In this document: one piece after another, positions 9,118 to 16,306 of the stretch
Numbering within the stretch: position 1 is the first letter of the stretch
Layout: each line of letters starts with the position of its first letter
NCBI GenBank assembly: GCA_037142195.1
Contig: JBAXBA010000068.1
Location: forward strand, 1-20,245
Source of the DNA: Pseudomonadota bacterium
GTDB taxonomy: Bacteria > Bdellovibrionota_B > Oligoflexia > Oligoflexales > CAIMVM01
Direction of reading: 5' to 3'
DNA: 20,245 bases
The notes under the pieces: generated by a model
What the model saw: only the letters and a program-made list of their open reading frames with translations
The model's database searches: none
Told to the model about the DNA's origin: nothing
Program-made: the position numbers and the translations under genes

Positions 9118-10208
9118 TTTGATTTACCTAAGAGTATATCCAGGTAGGGGGTTTTAGGCGGCTCGCTAGAGACATGAGTCGGGCGCTCTTTATTTTTTTC
9201 TTCTTTGACTAGGGTATTGACGCGATGTTTTAGGGCATCGAGACCCAGTCCCAGCGCTCCAGAGATTTTTAAAACTTCAAATCCAAGGAGCTCAAGGGGG
9301 CGAACTAGCTTTGCGAGTTCTTCTTCGTCAGATATCAAGTCTATTTTGTTGAGAACGACCAAGGACCGCCTTCGGTAAAGATCAATAGAGTATTTTTCTA
9401 GCTCAAGACGCAGTTTTGTCAAAGCATCTATGGGTGACATTTCACCGACATCTAGGGCATCGAGCACATACAGAACGACCCTGGTTCGCTCCAAATGCTT
9501 CAGAAAGGCGTGCCCAAGGCCTTTGCCTTCGCTTGCGCCCTCAATAAGACCTGGGACATCGGCAACCACAAATGAGTCCCTGGGATCGCCCCATTGGCCC
9601 ATATCCACAACACCGAGATTGGGAGTTATGGTGGTAAAGGGATAATCCGCTATTTTAGGTCGCGCTGATGAGATCACGGAAAGAAGAGTTGACTTTCCGG
9701 CATTAGGAAATCCAGCCAAACCAACATCTGCTAATAATTTTAACTCTAGCTTAAGTTCTTTAAACTCACCCGGTTTTCCTTTGGTATATTCCGTGGGAGC
9801 TTGGTGGGTTGATGCCAAAAAAGAGGCATTACCAAATCCCCGCCAACCGCCTTTGGCAACAAGAAGCTTCTCATTATGGTCGAGTACTTCGCCCAGGAGA
9901 TCTCCGCTTTCCTTATCGTAAACTTGAGTTCCTACAGGAACGGGCACCAGAAGGTCTTCCCCACAAGCACCAGATTTATCCTGAGTTCCACCTTTGGAAC
10001 CATCTTCGCTTCTGTACTCGGCCTGAAACCTTAAAGTAGATAAGGTATTTAGACCTTCATCTCCAACTAAGAAGACATCGCCACCATTGCCGCCGTTACC
10101 GCCGTCAGGACCCATTTTAGGCATGTTTTTTTCTCGCCTAAAACTAACGACCCCTGAGCCGCCGTGGCCGGCGCGAACGCGAATGGCAATGGAATCAATG
10201 AATTTCAT
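9114..10208 (-). CDS. obgE: GTPase ObgE/CgtA
   Basis: Start MKFIDSIAIRVRAGHGGSG at 10208 with GGAG upstream; FRREK, GPDGGNGG, GFPNAGKST, DYPFTT, DVPG, NKID. Confidence 0.98.
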   Translation of the reverse strand: MKFIDSIAIRVRAGHGGSGVVSFRREKNMPKMGPDGGNGGNGGDVFLVGDEGLNTLSTLRFQAEYRSEDGSKGGTQDKSGACGEDLLVPVPVGTQVYDKESGDLLGEVLDHNEKLLVAKGGWRGFGNASFLASTHQAPTEYTKGKPGEFKELKLELKLLADVGLAGFPNAGKSTLLSVISSARPKIADYPFTTITPNLGVVDMGQWGDPRDSFVVADVPGLIEGASEGKGLGHAFLKHLERTRVVLYVLDALDVGEMSPIDALTKLRLELEKYSIDLYRRRSLVVLNKIDLISDEEELAKLVRPLELLGFEVLKISGALGLGLDALKHRVNTLVKEEKNKERPTHVSSEPPKTPYLDILLGKSK

Positions 10209-10267
10209 AGTTCTGAACTCCGTGGTCGCTGAAGAATCGACCTGAGAAAAATCATCTGCACTTACAC

Positions 10268-10292
10268 AAAAAAACCGAGGCAAGAGCCTCGG
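10268..10292 (-). terminator. intrinsic terminator between rpmA and obgE
   Basis: Minus strand CCGAGGC-TCTT-GCCTCGG followed by T7. Confidence 0.8.
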
Positions 10293-10368
10293 ATCTTGTA
10301 GCGGCCTAAGTAATCTTTTGGCCGCTATAAATCAAGTGTATTAGTTACTTTTTAACCAGGAACTTGAC

Positions 10369-10626
10369 TTACACTAAAGGTAGAATGCTAATTTTTTTGC
10401 GATCTTTTCCGAAACGCTCATACTTCACATGTCCGTCTACAAGGGCAAAAAGTGTGAAATCACTTCCTGTTCCCACATTTGTGCCGGCATGAAAGGTACT
10501 TCCTACTTGGCGAACAATAATGCTGCCAGAAGTTACTTTTTGTCCGCCGTAGACTTTAATTCCACGGTATTGGGGGTTGGAGTCGCGTCCGTTTTTGGTA
10601 CTACCACCGGCTTTTTTCGTAGCCAT
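10369..10626 (-). CDS. rpmA: 50S ribosomal protein L27
   Basis: [16 protein letters not shown]...IIVRQVG...[12 protein letters not shown]. Confidence 0.99.
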   Translation of the reverse strand: MATKKAGGSTKNGRDSNPQYRGIKVYGGQKVTSGSIIVRQVGSTFHAGTNVGTGSDFTLFALVDGHVKYERFGKDRKKISILPLV

Positions 10627-10696
10627 CGTTTATTCCTTCCAGAAATATAGTGTTAGATATGCAAGCGGTTTGATCTATTCAAAAAGATAAAACGTG

Positions 10697-10788
10697 TTAC
10701 TGATATTTTATCTACTTCCTCTTGGCCTTTCGGACTTTTGGTTCCCCAATCATTCAAAGTGACTGGGAGGGGAGTAGTGTATCAGTAA
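10697..10788. other. structured 92-nt element in the rplU-rpmA spacer (candidate RNA element)
   Basis: Perfect 9-bp closing inverted repeat TTACTGATA/TATCAGTAA, second stem CTACTTCCT/AGGGGAGTAG, inner hairpin 10745-10767. Confidence 0.55.
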
Positions 10789-10800
10789 GAAGTCAAATGT

Positions 10801-11109
10801 TTAAGCTTTGATTTTACCGATGGTAACAACAGTTACCGGCTGTTTGTGCCCTTGGGTGCGCTTGTAGTTCTTACGGCGCCTGTACTTAAAAATGATAATC
10901 TTCGGGTTGCGAGTTTGCTCAGCAATCGTAGCTTGAACCGAAGCTCCTGCGACGAGTGGTGCACCTACTAACAACTTGCTTCCACCAACTAGCATGACTT
11001 TTTCAAAAGTAACCGCTTCACCGGCTTTACCTTCGATTTTGTCAATAGTAATGGTGTCGCCCTCTTTTACTCGATACTGGTGAGCGCCAGTTTGAAATAC
11101 TGCGTACAT
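10801..11109 (-). CDS. rplU: 50S ribosomal protein L21
   Basis: MYAVFQTGAHQYRVKEGD...KIIIFKYRRRKNYKRTQGHKQ; AGGAG RBS. Confidence 0.99.
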   Translation of the reverse strand: MYAVFQTGAHQYRVKEGDTITIDKIEGKAGEAVTFEKVMLVGGSKLLVGAPLVAGASVQATIAEQTRNPKIIIFKYRRRKNYKRTQGHKQPVTVVTIGKIKA

Positions 11110-11171
11110 CTAGATTCTCCTACAAATATCAAAACGCATGACCGACATGCGCTAAACGCGTGAACGGGCGT

Positions 11172-11202
11172 TATTTATTGTTTATTTGCTAGGCCCTGTC
11201 AA
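11172..11202 (-). promoter_or_regulatory. putative sigma70 promoter of the rplU operon
   Basis: Perfect TTGACA on the minus strand (11197-11202) with AT-rich AATAAAT 17 nt downstream; leader hairpin CGCATG-N5-CATGCG before the RBS. Confidence 0.5.
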
Positions 11203-11534
11203 CTGAAACCTCGGGAAACCTTAAGGTCTTTTTCTATACCCCGCCACATAGAAATATAAGTCTTTATAATCAACCTGTTACAACAATTCCCGTGGCGCGC
11301 AGGGAATTTAAAAATAGGGTTTAGTTGCCCTTGTATGCCCCGCCGCTAGGGCTTTTCAACCATTTGAAGGGGGGAGCTCCCCGTTTTTTGATAGGAGATG
11401 ACGAAGTTGAAATTCAGAGACCAAAAATGAAACCGTCCTGGCGAGCTTCTGATCGCCCAACCATGTGCCTCTAGGAACCCGCTTTAACTGCTAGGCTGAG
11501 TGGCGTTTCTCTTTTCAGAAAAATAGGAGATATC

Positions 11535-11618
11535 ATGGAATCTAGATCGCATTTGATTTTCACTCTTAGTTTGAACATCAGTCATGGTCTAATTTTGCAC
11601 ATGTCAGAAATGGCTTAG
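11535..11618 (+). CDS. candidate small protein, 27 aa (MESRSHLIFTLSLNISHGLILHMSEMA)
   Basis: TAGGAG 5 nt before the ATG; below the ORF-track size cutoff; no recognisable homology. Confidence 0.25.
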   Translation: MESRSHLIFTLSLNISHGLILHMSEMA

Positions 11619-11768
11619 CTTCCATCGATGCGTCCATGCGATCAATTGTCAAAATCGTGTGACTGTGGTATTGAGATTAGAGAGCTATCTGCACCTTAGT
11701 CTGGCCGCTATTCAAGGGGAGTTTAGTCCTTTAAGTGACCCCATTTTATTCCAAAGAGCAAAATAGAC

Positions 11769-12680
11769 ATGATCGTTCCTAAATCTGCCTCAAAACTCAC
11801 AAAGTCGGGAATTGCTTATACGGTTATAGGACAAGGTCCTGCTTTAATATTAGTTAACGGCTTAGGTCGGTCAGCCTCCCATTGGGTTGGCTTTGATGAA
11901 TTATTAGCCGATCGTTTTACCGTGATCACTTATGATCCTCGGGGCATCGGTGAAAGCAGGGCTCCCTTGAACTGGAATCTTACTGTCGATCTTTTGGCGC
12001 AAGATGTTAGGGATATAATTCAAGCGGAAAATCTTACGGAAGTTTTTGTCTACGGTTTTTCTTTAGGTGGTATGATTGCTTTGACGCTGGCTTTAAGGGA
12101 ACCAGACATCTATAAAAAAATAGTGTGTGTGAACTCAAGCGTGGGTGGCCTGCCACGTCTAAGAATTAGCCCAAAGGCCATCGCGACGATGGCTAAAGGC
12201 GGTATTGCCGACCGCATTTCCTCTTATCAACATTTGTTACAAAAGGGCTTTCTTAAAAAGCTGATCAAAGAAAACAATCCGATTCTGTCCCGAATTACAA
12301 AAAGTGATATGCACTTAGATCTCTCCTATCTGCTTTTGGGTCATGAGTTAGGCCTTCCCATTCGCAGATCAACGGTGGATCGATGGCGCATCATAGAGCG
12401 CCAGCACGGGCGGCCCATTGTGCAGACCATCAAACAGTTGGGCGCAGCGATTCGGTTTTCAAATCCTCTGAGTCTTAGATCCATTCGAGTTCCTACTTTA
12501 ATGATTTGTGGGGGAAATGATGTTTTCGTTCCCAATCTGAATTCCAAAATTTTAGCAAATCTTATTCCTGGTAGTATTTGTCGCTTGGTTCCAGATGGTG
12601 GTCATGAGCTTCATGTTGAGAAGCCATTGATGCTCAAAACCATGCTCATAGATTTTTACCTCAACCATCCCAAAAACTAA
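11769..12680 (+). CDS. alpha/beta-fold hydrolase
   Basis: LVNGLG oxyanion region, YDPRGIGES, nucleophile GFSLGG, GGNDVFV (Asp), GGHELH (His). Confidence 0.93.
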   Translation: MIVPKSASKLTKSGIAYTVIGQGPALILVNGLGRSASHWVGFDELLADRFTVITYDPRGIGESRAPLNWNLTVDLLAQDVRDIIQAENLTEVFVYGFSLGGMIALTLALREPDIYKKIVCVNSSVGGLPRLRISPKAIATMAKGGIADRISSYQHLLQKGFLKKLIKENNPILSRITKSDMHLDLSYLLLGHELGLPIRRSTVDRWRIIERQHGRPIVQTIKQLGAAIRFSNPLSLRSIRVPTLMICGGNDVFVPNLNSKILANLIPGSICRLVPDGGHELHVEKPLMLKTMLIDFYLNHPKN

Positions 12681-12716
12681 AAGATAGGCGTGTATTGACA
12701 AGGTAATTCTTGCCTA

Positions 12717-12743
12717 TAAAGAAAACTAACTTTGTGTCGAACT
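12717..12743 (+). promoter_or_regulatory. putative sigma28 (FliA)-type promoter upstream of fliK
   Basis: TAAA-15 nt-GTCGAACT versus consensus TAAA-N15-GCCGATAA, in front of flagellar genes. Confidence 0.35.
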
Positions 12744-12853
12744 TAGACGTCTTGTAGCGGCTTATTAGGTGGGCATTACTTGCCATAGGCAAAAGTAAAG
12801 GGAAAGAGCATAGTACCTCAAAGTGTAGTTATTTAAGAACTATCGGAGGCAAT

Positions 12854-15013
12854 ATGGATAACATGCCTATTGGAGGTCGCTCGGCTGCTCCTGACATGAA
12901 CTCGTCCGTACCCAAAAACAAGTCGAGTGCAGCAAGTCAGGAGAGTTCAAAAGCCTTTTCCAAAGAGCTCTTAAGTGAAGCGAATCCAGCCCCCAAAAGC
13001 ACCAGTAAATCACGTGATACTTCTAAAAATGAAAGCGGATCGGCAAGCTCTAGTGCTCCCGCTCGCCCGACACAGAAGCCATCTAAGAAATCACCTAAAT
13101 CACAGCTAGACGATGATACTAATTTAGAAACCTCGTCAGCGGAAGATTCCAAAGACTCTCGCGACGTAGAAGCTTCGAGAGATTCGGAAACCGATTCTTC
13201 CAAAAATACGGATCGTGTTCGACCTAAAGATGCAGCTTCAAAAGAGCCATCGGACTCAAGCTCAGCAAAAACGGTTTTGCGCAAAATCGCCGCACAAATG
13301 AAGAGTGAGGGGCAAGATCCTCAAACCGCTTCCCCTATATTAGGGATTTTATCGGGAAAGCCTTCTTCTGTGCCGTTAGAATCTGTGCCTGAGCTCATCG
13401 TGACGAGTCCTTTTGTGGTGAGAGCTTTAGGGGAAGACCTCCCGAAGTATCTATCGACCCCCCAATCCTTGGAAAGTCTATCGAACAGCTTAGATCTTTC
13501 GGATGAGGTTTTGGATCGTGCTAAAGAGATGGGCGTTGATCCTATGGTTGCCTTGACGCCTAAGGATTTATTTATGGCTCTGGGAGTTGATACTCAGAAA
13601 ATCAGTTCCGAACTTCTAAGAATAAGGGAACGCGGACCAATGGAAGGTCTCAGCGGTATCATAAACGGGTTGAAAAAATCGTCATTGCCAATTGAGAGCG
13701 ATGTTCCAGCGGTGTCTGGGCGTCCCGTCATTAGAACTAAGGACGACTTGATTCGAGTTTCCGAAGCAGCTCGCAAGGCTAGCGGCATCGATCTCTCAAC
13801 CATGAATCCACAATTTGCGCCGGGCCGAGCTTCAGCCCCTGAGAGCTCAAATCAGGAGCTCTCTACCTATACACCTGCGAGTGAAAAAACAGATCCTCGA
13901 ATGGCTTTTTTATTGGAAAATCAGCTAGGAAATAAAACGGTCTCAGGCCCATCCAGCTCAAGTCCAGATCTTTTGAGTGTTCCTCTTGCAAAAACAGAAG
14001 AGGTCATAGACCGGTCTCAATTTGTCCGAGCTGAGCGCAGTACCATTGATCCCTATGATGCGATGAGTCTTCAGATGGAGGACGTTCAAAAGCTAAATTT
14101 AGATTCTAAAACTCTGCCTTTGGCGCCTCAATTAACGCATCAATTAACGCCTCAAATGGCGCCAACACAGGACGTTGCTTTGAATCGTGATCTTACGGGA
14201 GAGGTTCTAAGGCTTCGCATTCAAGAAGGAGCTCCAGGCTTGAGAGGGCCTTCAATTTCGGAGAAAAAAAGTCTCAAAATCGATGAATCTGCCGATTTTT
14301 CATCCGAATTAGCTATAAATGATAAATCATCCTTTGCGGATGCTGCCCTATCTAGCTTGGGGGTAAGCTTGCCGGAGGAAAGAAAATCTCAGTTTGGCTC
14401 AGAAAAAGAAGGCCGTTCTGATTTATCTTCCAAAGGTGAGGAGCGAGAGTTGATAGAAGATTCTGGAATCCCAACTCATACTCACCATAGCAGTCACTTA
14501 GAGGCTGGCAAAAGCAAATTTCACGGATTACTAGACCAGGCGGCTCCAGGAGCAGTTTCTCACGCCTCAAGCGTTCGAGACATGATTGATAAAGCCCAAA
14601 TGCATTTAGATAAAAATGGCGGATCGATGCGTATAGAAATGGGGGGAGAAAATCCCGTTTCTCTCGCTATTAGAGTGATGGACAATGAGGTGAGTCTCAA
14701 AGTCTCAACTCAAAGCGATGCGATGCGTGATCTTATTTCAAGCGAAATTTCCAGACTTCAAGATTCGCTTACATCTCGAAATCTAAAACTCACGGAAGTC
14801 GATCTAGGACGCCAGACATTTTCAGGCTCCCATGAAGGCCAAAAACAAAACCAAACCAACGGCTTTATGGATTTCAACTCTGGATCTGGCAGCAGGCAAA
14901 ATCCATTTAGAGACAATTCAAAAAATCAGCTACAAGAAATTCAAGAAACTAACTTCTCTAAAGTGGGGGAAAGAATACGGAATGACTTGGGCAAACTTTT
15001 AGTGAGGGTATAA
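12854..15013 (+). CDS. fliK: flagellar hook-length control protein FliK (long form)
   Basis: GGAGG RBS; low-complexity S/P/K/D-rich N-terminus; C-terminal T3S4-like domain GGSMRIEMG...VSLAIRVMDNEVSLKVST...ISRLQDSLTSRNLKL then a Q/G-rich tail; immediately before flgD. Confidence 0.85.
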   Translation: MDNMPIGGRSAAPDMNSSVPKNKSSAASQESSKAFSKELLSEANPAPKSTSKSRDTSKNESGSASSSAPARPTQKPSKKSPKSQLDDDTNLETSSAEDSKDSRDVEASRDSETDSSKNTDRVRPKDAASKEPSDSSSAKTVLRKIAAQMKSEGQDPQTASPILGILSGKPSSVPLESVPELIVTSPFVVRALGEDLPKYLSTPQSLESLSNSLDLSDEVLDRAKEMGVDPMVALTPKDLFMALGVDTQKISSELLRIRERGPMEGLSGIINGLKKSSLPIESDVPAVSGRPVIRTKDDLIRVSEAARKASGIDLSTMNPQFAPGRASAPESSNQELSTYTPASEKTDPRMAFLLENQLGNKTVSGPSSSSPDLLSVPLAKTEEVIDRSQFVRAERSTIDPYDAMSLQMEDVQKLNLDSKTLPLAPQLTHQLTPQMAPTQDVALNRDLTGEVLRLRIQEGAPGLRGPSISEKKSLKIDESADFSSELAINDKSSFADAALSSLGVSLPEERKSQFGSEKEGRSDLSSKGEERELIEDSGIPTHTHHSSHLEAGKSKFHGLLDQAAPGAVSHASSVRDMIDKAQMHLDKNGGSMRIEMGGENPVSLAIRVMDNEVSLKVSTQSDAMRDLISSEISRLQDSLTSRNLKLTEVDLGRQTFSGSHEGQKQNQTNGFMDFNSGSGSRQNPFRDNSKNQLQEIQETNFSKVGERIRNDLGKLLVRV
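14126..14161 (+). repeat. 12-bp in-frame tandem repeat (about 3 copies) within fliK
   Basis: CCTCAATTAACG CATCAATTAACG CCTCAAATGGCG encoding PQLT HQLT PQMA. Confidence 0.7.
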
Positions 15014-15016
15014 ACT

Positions 15017-16306
15017 ATGGCCAATGCACTAGTCCAAAAAGCTGTGGGTCTTCCGGTCGGATCTAACAGACAGGATATAAGCGCTCAGAAAGTTTCTAAT
15101 CCTACCGGCCTTGTGAAGAATGAAGCCACTAATACCGACTTCAAATCTATTTTGATGAACTCGAATTTTGAAGAAAAAAAGAAGCGTGAATCTGATGCGA
15201 AAGGCGATCTATCTGGTGCTAAAAACTATGAAGATTTCCTCGAAAAATTAAATCGTCAGACCAAACAAAAAGACGCACCAAAAAATAATTTGGATAAGAA
15301 TGACTTTTTAAAGTTATTCGTAACCCAACTTCAAGCGCAAGATCCGCTCAATCCCCAGGATGGAACGCAGATGGCTTCTCAGCTGGCGCAATTCAACGGC
15401 TTAGAACAAATGCTTAACGTCAATACCACCCTTGAGAAAATGATGGCGGCGCAAAACTCTGGTCGTGCCATGCAATATGTAAACTACATAGGGAAGGAGC
15501 TTTCCATATCCGGCGGTGATGTCAGAATGGAGCAAGGAAAAACCAACGATGTCTTTCTTTCGAGCCCCATGCCCCTAGGGAGAGCGACTTTAAGCGTCAG
15601 AGACTCTTTTGGGAAAATTGTAGCAGAAAGGGAGCTGGGAGCCCTCGAGCAGGGTGAACACCGGATAGCTTGGGATGGAAAAGATAATACCGGTAAATCC
15701 TTGGGAGATGGCAAGTATACGTTCGATATCACGGCTAAAAACGGCAACGGAGAGTCCGTCGATCTCAAGCTGTCCTCAAAAGTGCAAGTTACCGGTGTTG
15801 ATCTTGGAGAAGCAGGACAGAATATCTATACAACTGTAGGATCGGTGCCTTTTGATAAAATTCAAGCGGTCGGTGCCACGGGGTTTACTTCGGCTAAGGT
15901 CCGAGAAGTCAATGCTGCCCTTGATTTAAAAAAGAATAAGGTGGCCGACAAAGAGCCTAAAGGAGCGACAGACGGGGGAACAGCAGCGGTGCAAAATCAG
16001 GATGGGCCCGCGGGTATTTCGGCAGAAAACGATCCTACCAAGGAGCCAGCGTCCGAAGGTAGACAAGGCGGTGAATCCGGGGACTACAGCACTCCCGCCC
16101 CTGCACCGCGTGCTGATCCAGGAGCGCCTAAGAAGGTCCAGCCAGCATCTGAAGGTACTAAATCCGTATCTGCGGACCAACTGCCTCCAGAAATTAGAAA
16201 GTCTCTAGAGCAACAGTTTGGTGGAAATGCCAAGACTTCCCCGGCAAAGCCAAGTAAAATAGCGGTGACGAACCCACCTATACCAAAAAATGAGGTTGAA
16301 CTTTAA
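15017..16306 (+). CDS. flgD: flagellar hook cap protein FlgD with N- and C-terminal extensions
   Basis: LDKNDFLKLFVTQLQAQDPLNPQD...SQLAQFNGLEQM signature; FlgD Ig motif WDGKDNTG...DGKYTF. Confidence 0.95.
   Translation: MANALVQKAVGLPVGSNRQDISAQKVSNPTGLVKNEATNTDFKSILMNSNFEEKKKRESDAKGDLSGAKNYEDFLEKLNRQTKQKDAPKNNLDKNDFLKLFVTQLQAQDPLNPQDGTQMASQLAQFNGLEQMLNVNTTLEKMMAAQNSGRAMQYVNYIGKELSISGGDVRMEQGKTNDVFLSSPMPLGRATLSVRDSFGKIVAERELGALEQGEHRIAWDGKDNTGKSLGDGKYTFDITAKNGNGESVDLKLSSKVQVTGVDLGEAGQNIYTTVGSVPFDKIQAVGATGFTSAKVREVNAALDLKKNKVADKEPKGATDGGTAAVQNQDGPAGISAENDPTKEPASEGRQGGESGDYSTPAPAPRADPGAPKKVQPASEGTKSVSADQLPPEIRKSLEQQFGGNAKTSPAKPSKIAVTNPPIPKNEVEL

Noticed and set aside
10209..10283. N-terminal extension of ObgE in the ORF track
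   Set aside because: It starts inside the terminator hairpin; the conserved MKFID start with an RBS is at 10208.
10697..10788. tRNA, SRP RNA or 6S RNA identity for the spacer structure
   Set aside because: No T-loop GTTC or cloverleaf, no SRP CAGG..AGCAG motif around CCGAAAGG, and too short for 6S.
12695..12720. TTGACA..TATAAA sigma70 promoter upstream of fliK
   Set aside because: The spacer is only 14 nt.
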